Of a stretch of DNA of 64,000 nucleotides, positions 20,529-29,613 are shown piece after piece. A model generated the notes under the pieces. The model was given only the letters and a program-made list of their open reading frames with translations. It had not been told where the DNA came from and ran no database searches. The position numbers were made by a program, and so were the translations under genes. This stretch comes from a virus: positions 16,948-80,947 of the IMG/VR virus record IMGVR_UViG_3300045988_107608; one strand, given 5' to 3'. Each line of letters opens with the position of its first letter. The stretch's first letter is position 1.

Positions 20529-21266
20529 ATGAGAAGAAGATTTGAAAATAATGCTAAACTATATGAGTATAAGATAGTTAGCAATTGTATAGGGGGGGGG
20601 GTAATCGTAGAAGGAAAGAAAGTAGGCACCATTCCACAGGGCGGGCAATTTATCTTTCTGTCTAAAAAAGAACGGCTGGATTCCATAAGTGTCCAAGGCG
20701 GTGTTCCAATGGAAGATAGGCAAGAGATCGATAGTCAGGTTGATACGACAGAGGAATTGCTTGAACAGGATTCGGTGGTTCTTGCTATTGCTTTAACAAC
20801 CTCTCCTTATTATGGATTTAGAGTAAGTGTGATAGCACCTGATGAGTTTACGCTAAGAACAACCAATAGGATTAATAGAACCTTTTTAATAACAAGCTTT
20901 ACTCCACCTGCTGCTATATACGGTGTAAACTTTGGTGATCCTATTGTCCTTAATTATGATAGTTACCAATATAAGATGCCAGATCTTGTAATTGATGGAC
21001 CTCATGATAGAATAGTTAGGGCAGATCCTAATCTTACTTGGGTTGTAAGATGTACAGACGCCGACTTTAAACCTTTGCCATATCCAGAATCATGGTCTGG
21101 CCAAGGTTTAAATTCTATGTTCTTATCAGATATGAAACGTCTTGCTCCTGGTGATCATCATGTATCATATACAGCTTATATTAATTTGGACTTGATAAAT
21201 GATGGCGGAAGTAAAGTTCATACTGAATATCTGATATTAGAAGAAACACTTAATTTTACGATATGA
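20529..21266 (+). CDS. hypothetical protein with a G10 tract at codons 22-25 (candidate tail or receptor-binding protein)
   Basis: 245-aa ORF with N-terminus MRRRFE. The homopolymer gggggggggg sits at 20592-20601. Confidence 0.5.
   Translation: MRRRFENNAKLYEYKIVSNCIGGGVIVEGKKVGTIPQGGQFIFLSKKERLDSISVQGGVPMEDRQEIDSQVDTTEELLEQDSVVLAIALTTSPYYGFRVSVIAPDEFTLRTTNRINRTFLITSFTPPAAIYGVNFGDPIVLNYDSYQYKMPDLVIDGPHDRIVRADPNLTWVVRCTDADFKPLPYPESWSGQGLNSMFLSDMKRLAPGDHHVSYTAYINLDLINDGGSKVHTEYLILEETLNFTI
20592..20601 (+). repeat. G10 homopolymeric tract inside a coding region
   Basis: Ten consecutive G encoding GGG(V), in an otherwise AT-rich gene. Confidence 0.9.
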
Positions 21267-21311
21267 CAACAATCCCCAACCGTACGCCTATTGTATGGTT
21301 GGGGATTGTTG
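21267..21311. terminator. bidirectional terminator hairpin between convergent modules
   Basis: caacaatccccaacc / ggttggggattgttg perfect 15-bp stem with a 15-nt loop, between the plus gene ending at 21266 and the minus gene ending at 21356. Confidence 0.55.
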
Positions 21312-21355
21312 TAGTTACCATCTTTTCTTGTATAAGCAGAACATGAAATAAGTTT

Positions 21356-21844
21356 CTAAGCATTAACTTCATGACCTCCCCTATCTGTGAAAACTAAACC
21401 AATACCTTCTATGATATGTCCTACTACAGGAGCTTTGTCAAATTCCTCCTTCGTAGCCCAAGTAGCATTATCAGGCATAAGATCCTTGAATGCGTCCGAA
21501 ACATCACCTTGACACCAGCAGTTATTTGATGTAACAATGCCTTTCCCTTCGATATTGATATACATTTTTCTTCCACCACATCCAAGGCTGTTCCATCCGC
21601 TCGGTACGTTTTCCACCATAGGCTTAAGCACCCAGCTTTCACCGTCTATCCTAACCCATCCTGGATCGTCTTTGTGCTTGTCGTACAAGTTTTGCCAAAA
21701 AGAGCATTCGTAGCACCACCCCCTGTCTTCCATGACAGTTCTTATCTCACACCTTTCAAATCCATCTGCATCCATCGTGTGCGGAGAATGAGGCTGGTGA
21801 GGAGTGCCACATTTTGGACATATGAGTTTTAAATTCTTTTCCAT
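21356..21844 (-). CDS. hypothetical Cys-rich protein
   Basis: 162-aa ORF with CPKCG and CYEC motifs. Confidence 0.45.
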   Translation of the reverse strand: MEKNLKLICPKCGTPHQPHSPHTMDADGFERCEIRTVMEDRGWCYECSFWQNLYDKHKDDPGWVRIDGESWVLKPMVENVPSGWNSLGCGGRKMYINIEGKGIVTSNNCWCQGDVSDAFKDLMPDNATWATKEEFDKAPVVGHIIEGIGLVFTDRGGHEVNA

Positions 21845-21845
21845 A

Positions 21846-22082
21846 TTATTTAACTTTTACGATCTTAATAGAATCTCCGATATTGTATTCCCCTTGGTAT
21901 CCAACGAATTTTATAAGCCTATTATTATAAAATATTGAAATTCTTTCGTCTTTACCATAATACATTATACATCCATCTTCTAAAGGACGTAAATCATATA
22001 TAACCCATCCGTTATTAACCTGACTATCATCATGCGAACATGATGATAACACAAGTGCCATCAATAAAATAAAATACCTCAT
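21846..22082 (-). CDS. putative small lipoprotein
   Basis: MRYFILLMALVLSSC: signal peptide with an LSSC lipobox-like motif. Confidence 0.45.
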   Translation of the reverse strand: MRYFILLMALVLSSCSHDDSQVNNGWVIYDLRPLEDGCIMYYGKDERISIFYNNRLIKFVGYQGEYNIGDSIKIVKVK

Positions 22083-22089
22083 ATTATTT

Positions 22090-22281
22090 TCAACATAAAA
22101 ATTTATAACCTGTTTTTACAGCTTCCGCTTCTTCTCTCGTATCAAACATTAAGATAGTAGTTGATTCTGTACCTTCACAAATGTAAGATACTTCCACCCA
22201 CCACCTAAAAATTCCAGAGCCATAATCATCATAGTACGGCTCAGAAAGAATCTCTTCTACATACCCATCCAAATAATTCAC
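22090..22281 (-). CDS. hypothetical protein
   Basis: 63-aa ORF. Confidence 0.3.
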   Translation of the reverse strand: MNYLDGYVEEILSEPYYDDYGSGIFRWWVEVSYICEGTESTTILMFDTREEAEAVKTGYKFLC

Positions 22282-23000
22282 GATCGCTCCTCCTTATTTT
22301 TAGATTCTGCCTCTTCGAGTATGCTGATCACCTTATCAACAATATCCGAATCAGACATTTTCTCAATAAAAACATCCATTGCCTTAGTTATATCATTGGC
22401 TTCTTTTTCTTCAAGAGCTATTTCCCCACCGGTAATAGCATCAGATAATGATGTAGATAAGTGTCTTATCTTATCAATGCTCATAAACGTAAATGGATTA
22501 CCACCTTGACCCCCACCCATTTCTTTCATGATCTGATATCCACCTGAGATAAGTCTGCCTGATGTCGTGGCCAAAGAGGATACGATTAGGGACAGTACCG
22601 CCGCTTCCGTCCGCTCCTCGGACACACCCCTCGACCACACGGCTGCCCTTATAGCGCCGGCCAGGTCGTCTATGTATGGCATGAGGCAATCCTCCATCGC
22701 TTGTGTTATATCAGCTATAACCTCACTACGCTCTTTATTTATGTAGTAGATAGAAGCATTGTACCTCTTTATCTCTTTGTCCATATCATTTAAAAGACGC
22801 TTGATATTGTGCTTATACATAGGACTGGTTTTAATTATTTCCTTTAGTTTAAGAATGTAATTATAAGCCTGGTCGTTTACGAATAACGTCATGGTCTCAA
22901 CCGTTGAATGAAGCGTGTTAAGACTGTTAAGAATCTTATCGAAATTGTTTATCAAATAAGCTTTTCTGGCTTTTGCTGCATAGTTAATCATCGCATTCAA
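22278..23000 (-). CDS. hypothetical protein
   Basis: 240-aa ORF. Confidence 0.45.
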   Translation of the reverse strand: MNAMINYAAKARKAYLINNFDKILNSLNTLHSTVETMTLFVNDQAYNYILKLKEIIKTSPMYKHNIKRLLNDMDKEIKRYNASIYYINKERSEVIADITQAMEDCLMPYIDDLAGAIRAAVWSRGVSEERTEAAVLSLIVSSLATTSGRLISGGYQIMKEMGGGQGGNPFTFMSIDKIRHLSTSLSDAITGGEIALEEKEANDITKAMDVFIEKMSDSDIVDKVISILEEAESKNKEERS

Positions 23001-23514
23001 ATTTTAGATTTTCAAGTTCATTCAATTTTTTCTTAATAAATTCGATCAGGTGCGCTCTCCGTTCCTCTGCATGTTTTAAAGCTTCTTCTTTGCTCTCAAA
23101 AGCATCCATTCCTATTTCATAAGGAGTGAACCTATCAGGGATGTCGGCTAACAAAAGACCACCATACTCTTCTATTTTAGCTTTTACTTTTCTTATTATA
23201 CCGTTTCTCAGGCACGCATCCGTAACCCATATAAATCTATCACATTCTTCTAATTCCCTTTCGTACAATTCATACCATTCCGGCTTAGGGAATCTTAATG
23301 TGAATCTAATTTCGGTATCTTTCTCTAAGACATTAATATCATACGCCTCCGGCCACAGTTCTTTTATGCTGTCTTCATCTTCAGCATACGCTACCAATAC
23401 AAATGAATTATCGGATTCTGCACTACACCAATATGGATATTTTATAGGCCATTTGACTGGACGGTAGTCGTTGTCGCAGTCGGATTTTTTAATGTAAAAT
23501 CTTGCTCTAATCAT
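22984..23514 (-). CDS. hypothetical protein
   Basis: 176-aa ORF. Confidence 0.45.
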   Translation of the reverse strand: MIRARFYIKKSDCDNDYRPVKWPIKYPYWCSAESDNSFVLVAYAEDEDSIKELWPEAYDINVLEKDTEIRFTLRFPKPEWYELYERELEECDRFIWVTDACLRNGIIRKVKAKIEEYGGLLLADIPDRFTPYEIGMDAFESKEEALKHAEERRAHLIEFIKKKLNELENLKFECDD

Positions 23515-23521
23515 ATCGTTG

Positions 23522-23764
23522 CTAATCTAATAATTTTTCTATTTTAATTAATTTTGATGATAGATACATATTCCATTTTCCTCTGCCTCTGTCACCTTTT
23601 TCGTTTTGTTTTTGGATTGTCAAGTACAGATCTCCGTCTTCACATACTTCAACTTTTTTCAAGAAGCCTATCATTTCATCTCCTGCTTCGTGTAAAATAC
23701 GGATCTTATCTCCTTCTTTTAACCCATAATTGGAATCAAAATATTCTTTTTTTGATTCTATCAA
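23522..23764 (-). CDS. hypothetical protein
   Basis: 80-aa ORF. Confidence 0.35.
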   Translation of the reverse strand: MIESKKEYFDSNYGLKEGDKIRILHEAGDEMIGFLKKVEVCEDGDLYLTIQKQNEKGDRGRGKWNMYLSSKLIKIEKLLD

Positions 23765-23830
23765 TATTGTCTTTATGGTTTTTTATAGCATAAAGCTCTT
23801 TTCTTAATAAATAATTTAGTTGTTCTATTG

Positions 23831-24388
23831 TCATTTCTTTTCCTCCTTATTTAATTGTATTAATCCTTTCCCGTGCTTATCATACCACAGCATAGCTATA
23901 CAATTCCATGCACATTGTGCAAGATGAAAAGCTCCTGTATCTGAGTCTATTCTTTCCCCTTTCATGTATTCCATTAGGTGTCTGGCAGCCGCAGCACGAT
24001 ACCGTTCAAACCCGTTGTCAAGGTTCTGCCATTTATTGGGTCCGTACTTCTTGGCGCCAGCATGATAGACTCTTACAATGTCTTCAATCTCCTCCATTGG
24101 AAGCAAGTCCCATCGTAGTTTATCATCAATGATGTCATTTTTCACCGATTTGTTTTCTATGGGGTCTTTGGTAAGAATAATATCCATAATATCTGTTTCT
24201 ATGACGAACGTCTCCCCATTACAACAAACCTCAGCATATTTATCATTTACTTCTATGTCTGATACTGCCTCCGCTATAGCTCCTTTGACGATTTTAAATT
24301 CTGCACTGATTATATCATCTTTCAATATGCGAAAAATAGATCCTTTTGGATAAAGGATATTTTTAGTATTATCATCCATCTTTTCCAT
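23831..24388 (-). CDS. putative MazG-like dATP/dGTP pyrophosphohydrolase
   Basis: RWDLLP...GAKKYGPNKW...HLMEYMKGERIDSDTGAFHLAQCAWN resembles the phage dATP/dGTP diphosphohydrolase family. Recalled from memory and not verified. Confidence 0.35.
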   Translation of the reverse strand: MEKMDDNTKNILYPKGSIFRILKDDIISAEFKIVKGAIAEAVSDIEVNDKYAEVCCNGETFVIETDIMDIILTKDPIENKSVKNDIIDDKLRWDLLPMEEIEDIVRVYHAGAKKYGPNKWQNLDNGFERYRAAAARHLMEYMKGERIDSDTGAFHLAQCAWNCIAMLWYDKHGKGLIQLNKEEKK

Positions 24389-24440
24389 TGCTTTATCGTT
24401 GTTTTACCTCATTTCGATAGTAATATAATCCATCTTCGTC

Positions 24441-24728
24441 TTATACCCTATCATTTCTGTTTTTCTCAAAATACTGTCTTACGGCTTCAATCGCCTTATC
24501 GTCATCAAAAGCCTCTACAAACCCCTCATAGAATCTATTTCGCTCCATAGAGAACGTATTGCTTCCATCCGGAATGGTTCTGAACACAACTACCTTCTCT
24601 CCATCTACGTTCGTTCCTATGATGTTGTTATGGAGAATAATAGAATACCGCCCAGATTTTTTGTTCTGGACGACACTATGTTCGAGATTGTAGAGTCTAA
24701 GTAGTTCTCTTATTTCTTTTACTCCCAT
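24441..24728 (-). CDS. hypothetical protein
   Basis: 95-aa ORF, 42 nt downstream of the tnpB-like paralog. Confidence 0.4.
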   Translation of the reverse strand: MGVKEIRELLRLYNLEHSVVQNKKSGRYSIILHNNIIGTNVDGEKVVVFRTIPDGSNTFSMERNRFYEGFVEAFDDDKAIEAVRQYFEKNRNDRV

Positions 24729-24770
24729 GTTATGAAAAATATTAAATTCAATAAAATCTATTATGTTTCT

Positions 24771-26027
24771 TTATAAGTTTCCGGATATATTCATTTTGTA
24801 AAATACATTCGTAATCCTTACCGGGTTAAACAATAACCCTCTATCGATTATCCTACGAATTGATTCACAGGAATCACCGACTACTTTTCTCATAATGTTT
24901 AATGCTCCATTTATGTCTGCATTTATGAGTTTTCCTACCGAGGATTGAAACAATCCTCGGTTCTTCCTCTTTCCTAAATAGTTTTCATGTTTTCCTATCT
25001 TCTCAAATGCTAATGAATCACATTTTGAAGTATATGACTCTTCATGAATAACTATTTCAATACCAGCTAATTCACATTTATATTCTAAGTAACTCACCAA
25101 TCTCGCAAAAGGGATTTGTGTGAATTTCTGGTTATTCCTTTTTCCCATATTCACATTCTGTTTCCATCCCTTGTTATAGCCTACAACTAATTTTGTTATC
25201 TTAGAATCGACAAGCAAATCAACTATCTTTCTACTGATTTTATGAAAGACATCTTCTATGTACTGTTCCCTATCATAATATAATTTCTTTATTCGCTTTG
25301 TTATTCCTTTTATCTTTTGTAAATCCTTGATACTATTTAATTTAGCAAGTGTTTTATTAAATAATTGATTGTATGATTTAACAAATTTACCACTAAACAA
25401 AACAGTAAAATCCTCACTTACTAATGTTGCAAGATTATCAATCCCTAAATCGATTGAAGCAACTTTCTCTTCCCTACATTTAGATACTCCAGTATCTTTT
25501 ACCTCATAAATGATTTCTATTTTATATCCACACGCTAATGGTTTTATTCTAATCTGTTTGAAATCTTTTATCAAATCAGAATACTTTTCATATTGAGGAA
25601 TACTTATTGAAATATCTTTTGATAGGATTATTTTTCCATCTTTTATTTTGCAACTCTGATTCGTGTAATACAAATTAAATTCAGATCCTCTTTTTCTATA
25701 ACTTGGAAGGCCTGGTTTTTCCCTATACTTATTATAATTTTTCTTGTAATCTTGGACCGATTTGTAGTAACCTTTAATGTTTTTATCAAGAATACGAAGA
25801 ATTTGTTGTGAACATTGCGCCTTTAATAATTTGTAATTAATATCTCCATCCAAATTCTTGGTATTTTTCATGATAGCATCAAGTTCAAAATAGGACAACC
25901 ACTTATCTTCTTTAGAAAGTGTTTCTCTGAAAATATACAATGCCTGATTGTACAAGTTGTTGCTAATCTTGCATAAAGATGATATATTTTCATTTTGTCC
26001 TATGTTAAACTTATATACTAATCTCAT
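24771..26027 (-). CDS. tnpB: TnpB-like protein, paralog 2 (RuvC-II Glu replaced by Gly, zinc finger lost)
   Basis: SIDLGIDNLATLV (RuvC-I Asp) and LINADINGALNI (RuvC-III Asp). At the RuvC-II position it reads KLVVGYNKGWKQ. One Cys remains in the zinc-finger region. N-terminus MRLVYKF. Divergent paralog of the 8663-9886 gene. Confidence 0.8.
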   Translation of the reverse strand: MRLVYKFNIGQNENISSLCKISNNLYNQALYIFRETLSKEDKWLSYFELDAIMKNTKNLDGDINYKLLKAQCSQQILRILDKNIKGYYKSVQDYKKNYNKYREKPGLPSYRKRGSEFNLYYTNQSCKIKDGKIILSKDISISIPQYEKYSDLIKDFKQIRIKPLACGYKIEIIYEVKDTGVSKCREEKVASIDLGIDNLATLVSEDFTVLFSGKFVKSYNQLFNKTLAKLNSIKDLQKIKGITKRIKKLYYDREQYIEDVFHKISRKIVDLLVDSKITKLVVGYNKGWKQNVNMGKRNNQKFTQIPFARLVSYLEYKCELAGIEIVIHEESYTSKCDSLAFEKIGKHENYLGKRKNRGLFQSSVGKLINADINGALNIMRKVVGDSCESIRRIIDRGLLFNPVRITNVFYKMNISGNL

Positions 26028-26133
26028 GATTTTTAATACATTAAATGCTATTTACAAACCATACATCTAAGATACATATTCCATTTATATTACAGAATAG
26101 AATCAATTATTTTTAATGTTATTTTACATTATA

Positions 26134-26901
26134 TTATTTTACGTTTTTAGAAGTTACAGCCTCTTCTCCCCATTTCTTTACATATATAGATCTCATCATG
26201 TTCATTAAATTAGAGAAAGAAGAGATGGTTCCCATCTCTATGCAGAATGCAAGATTAGACTGTAGGGTTTCAAGTTCTTTCAACTGCTCCTGTGTAGCCC
26301 TATTTCTTATCATGCTTTCATGCTCATTAAATACAATCCAATTTAAGCCTTTAGCCATCTTGGAGTAATCGGCATCCGGAAATCTTGATATAGCTCTTGA
26401 TAGGACATTGTATTTATCACCTGCCTCTATTCGGTTTAAGATAAGCTTATCTGTTAACCACGTAACAACCTCAGCATACAACATAGGGTTTAGTTCCATA
26501 GCTACAAGCACCCATATATATGGATTACACATAGTTCTCCTATTCTCTCCTCTACCCATTGTCTTATAAGCTCCCATTTTTTTCATCACTTTTATAAGTG
26601 ACTCTTTTTCAACAGATTGTATAAAACCAGGAAATCCTGATTCTATCTTATATCCTTGTTTTTCAAGGATATAGTAAACACGTTCCGCACTCTCCTTATT
26701 AGATAGGATATTCTCTATTCTCTTTTCATTCCACCCCATCTCAACCCTCTTCTTCGTATAGGCTTCCTGAAGGTCTGTTAAGGACATAAACGAAGTTTTA
26801 GTGTCCTGCTTAATTATTACGCCAAATAATTCTCGGTCTTTTGATACCATTGTAACATTTGTTTTCATAAAATATAACACATAAAAAATAATACGATACA
26901 A
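26134..26901 (-). CDS. hypothetical protein (possible KilA-N/antirepressor-like DNA-binding N-terminal domain)
   Basis: 255-aa ORF. Weak resemblance only. Confidence 0.3.
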   Translation of the reverse strand: MYRIIFYVLYFMKTNVTMVSKDRELFGVIIKQDTKTSFMSLTDLQEAYTKKRVEMGWNEKRIENILSNKESAERVYYILEKQGYKIESGFPGFIQSVEKESLIKVMKKMGAYKTMGRGENRRTMCNPYIWVLVAMELNPMLYAEVVTWLTDKLILNRIEAGDKYNVLSRAISRFPDADYSKMAKGLNWIVFNEHESMIRNRATQEQLKELETLQSNLAFCIEMGTISSFSNLMNMMRSIYVKKWGEEAVTSKNVK

Positions 26902-26966
26902 AAATATGTATCGTATTATACTTATACAAATATACTGTGTTAAATTTTATTATTGTATTTTTTATA

Positions 26967-27329
26967 CTATGCGCCTATCGCTGCCTCTAAATTCCCTATA
27001 ATACCAGTTTCTATGTCATCGATTTTATCATCAATGGTTGAAACCGCATTCTCTAAATCCCCTACAATACTTTCCATATCATCAACAACCGCCTCCATAT
27101 TAGCTACAGCCTCATCTGATTGATAATATCTTTCTGTATCTTGTAATGACTCCGGCATATTGTCTCTTGCTTCTGTCTCCTCGTCTAAAATCATATCAAC
27201 ATCATCCTTGGCTGAATCCAAATTATGCCTGACCTCTAACAGCTTTGATTTGATAAACTCAAGATCTGTTTTATGCTTTTCCAAATTGGAAATAATATCC
27301 TCTATTTTCTTACGTCTTTTGCTGTTCAT
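26967..27329 (-). CDS. hypothetical acidic coiled-coil protein
   Basis: 120-aa ORF. Confidence 0.4.
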   Translation of the reverse strand: MNSKRRKKIEDIISNLEKHKTDLEFIKSKLLEVRHNLDSAKDDVDMILDEETEARDNMPESLQDTERYYQSDEAVANMEAVVDDMESIVGDLENAVSTIDDKIDDIETGIIGNLEAAIGA

Positions 27330-28747
27330 GCTTTTATCCTATTATAATATTCGATAATCTTTTCTTTCCTATCTCCCGGTTTTACCGCCATATTCTCAGC
27401 CAAGAACCTAAAATACGACACCGGTATGTCCTTGAATCTAATTCCTTCATATTTTCCAAACCACATTATTATACTGTCAAGATCGTCTTCTCTCCTACCA
27501 TCTCCATTCACAGATTTAATCGAGGCTGCCCGACGAAGGATCTCGTCTTTGGTAATAATATCACCCATCCTTATATTAGACAGAAGTTGATCGCCGGCAA
27601 ACATACACCAGCCCTTAGAAGGGAATTGCTCGATTGTCAGGTCTTCTATCCGACCAAAGCGCCTCATGTTGTCGCAGCAGTCAACTATCAGCGCCTCTTT
27701 CTTGTCAGGATGGATGCGGACGCACCTGCCGAGCACCTGGTAATATGTTGAATATGAGAATGTTGGTCGTCCAAACATCACACAATCAAGTTCGGGAAAA
27801 TCAAATCCGGTAGCAAGCGTTGAATAATTAAAAACCACCTTCAACTTACCTTCTTTGAAATCGGATATGATTTGCTCTCTTTTCTTTTTGGTTGTTAGCG
27901 ATGTTACGACACCGGTTATGGCTCCCATCCTGGCATTCATGAACTCTGATATTCTATTACATGATTCGATAGAATCCATGCAAACCAAAATAGCTTTACG
28001 CTCGTTCATAAGTTGAAGAAGGCGCTTGTAGATAGAGTTGTTTAAGCCGTTTCGTACGATGCTTTCTTTAATAGATTCGTTGGTATATTCGGCTCCGGTA
28101 CTGTTTAATATCAGAGCCGATTCATCAAACGACCATCGTTCGTACTTAAGAGGGCACCAAAATCCCTGAGAAGTTAGCTCTTGTATTTGAGTCACATGAA
28201 CTATCTTCTTAAAGAAATTATGCTCGTCTTTCGTCAGCATATTAAGTTTGCTGTAGTTTCCTTCCAGCATGGAGCTGTAGGTCCGGAGGCGGCAGGGCGT
28301 GGCGGTGAAGCCCAGCACCTTCGCCTCTGGGAACCTGTTCATAAACTCCATAAATTCAGAACCTTCTTCAGGAGAATACCCGCTATGCACCTCATCTATC
28401 AATAATGTGTCTATCCCTATATCTTTCAACCTTGCTACGTCTTTCTTTATGCTTTTAAGTGTAGCATAAGTCATAGCCGATAACTCTTTTTTTTTACATG
28501 AAGCAGAATATATGGTAGGTTTAGAACCGAATGATACAGCCTTCGCATAATTCTGCTCCAGAATCTCTTTAGATGGCTGTAATACAAGGATAGGTCTTTT
28601 TAATTCATGAGCTATCTTGCTAATTATCAAAGACTTCCCCGCTGCACACGGCAAGACTTCTATGCCAGGCTTCTTAGATCTTCCTGTAAGGAACTTAAGC
28701 CCGGCATCTACTGCCTCTTTTTGGTAAGGTCTAAGTTCAAAGCCCAT
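27326..28747 (-). CDS. SF2 DNA/RNA helicase (DEXH-box)
   Basis: Motif I PCAAGKS, motif II LIDEVH, motif III TATP, motif VI QVLGRCVRI. Confidence 0.8.
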   Translation of the reverse strand: MGFELRPYQKEAVDAGLKFLTGRSKKPGIEVLPCAAGKSLIISKIAHELKRPILVLQPSKEILEQNYAKAVSFGSKPTIYSASCKKKELSAMTYATLKSIKKDVARLKDIGIDTLLIDEVHSGYSPEEGSEFMEFMNRFPEAKVLGFTATPCRLRTYSSMLEGNYSKLNMLTKDEHNFFKKIVHVTQIQELTSQGFWCPLKYERWSFDESALILNSTGAEYTNESIKESIVRNGLNNSIYKRLLQLMNERKAILVCMDSIESCNRISEFMNARMGAITGVVTSLTTKKKREQIISDFKEGKLKVVFNYSTLATGFDFPELDCVMFGRPTFSYSTYYQVLGRCVRIHPDKKEALIVDCCDNMRRFGRIEDLTIEQFPSKGWCMFAGDQLLSNIRMGDIITKDEILRRAASIKSVNGDGRREDDLDSIIMWFGKYEGIRFKDIPVSYFRFLAENMAVKPGDRKEKIIEYYNRIKA

Positions 28748-29114
28748 CGCAATCTATTTTACTGTTTTTTGAAAGTTCTATTATCGCCTCTTTCAACATC
28801 TCCCTTGCTTTATCTTCGTTATCTTCAAGCAAGCATACACTGCACGATATGCCCATACGATCCCCATAAGCCTCGGCATTACCTAATGTGAATGCGCAGC
28901 AGTAATCATAATCCATGTTTTTTGCTACGGCAATAAACTGATTATCTTCTATCAGTACAGCATATTCAGCATCAGTTTCACACATGATAATGGCTTTATC
29001 TTTTTTTATAGACAACACCTTGTTTCTGAAAAGTCCGTTATAAATCCATAGTTCTTTTCCTGTATTTTTATAAAACACAGCCATATCTTCCTTGATTGTG
29101 ACTTCTTTTTTCAT
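28737..29114 (-). CDS. hypothetical protein
   Basis: 125-aa ORF. Confidence 0.4.
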   Translation of the reverse strand: MKKEVTIKEDMAVFYKNTGKELWIYNGLFRNKVLSIKKDKAIIMCETDAEYAVLIEDNQFIAVAKNMDYDYCCAFTLGNAEAYGDRMGISCSVCLLEDNEDKAREMLKEAIIELSKNSKIDCDGL

Positions 29115-29117
29115 GAC

Positions 29118-29447
29118 TTACTTGTGTTTAACATCAGTAATTAAAATGTATTTTTTAACAATATCTTCAAGACTCACAGAAGAACGTATATATGGTTTTT
29201 CTTCGTACTCATATAGAACGTACCCTTCTTTTATGTCTAATATCTTAATCACATGCTTGCCTCTTTCAAATGGATCCTCAAAGTAGTTCTTATGTTCGTA
29301 TCTTTGACCTACTTTGATTTTGTCAGTTTTCTTCTTCATCTTATAACGATCTACTGCTCTACCTGTTTTTATGAAAGCTGTCGTGAGCAAGTATAATAAA
29401 ACTAAATACAAAAGGATCGCTACTCCACATATTAGATCTTCTTTCAT
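29118..29447 (-). CDS. small membrane protein (single TM helix)
   Basis: ICGVAILLYLVLLYLLTTAFI hydrophobic helix. 109 aa. Confidence 0.4.
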   Translation of the reverse strand: MKEDLICGVAILLYLVLLYLLTTAFIKTGRAVDRYKMKKKTDKIKVGQRYEHKNYFEDPFERGKHVIKILDIKEGYVLYEYEEKPYIRSSVSLEDIVKKYILITDVKHK

Positions 29448-29613
29448 TGGACTCCCTTTAAGTAGTTAAACCATATATCCTCCAGCTTCTCCTGAAGTTC
29501 AAATGCTTTCTTGAAATTCCCACATCTTACAGCAACGTCTCTCATGTATTCTACGTTTATAACTTCCGGATCTTGCCGGTATTTTGTTCTTAACTTTTGA
29601 ACGTCCTCGTATT

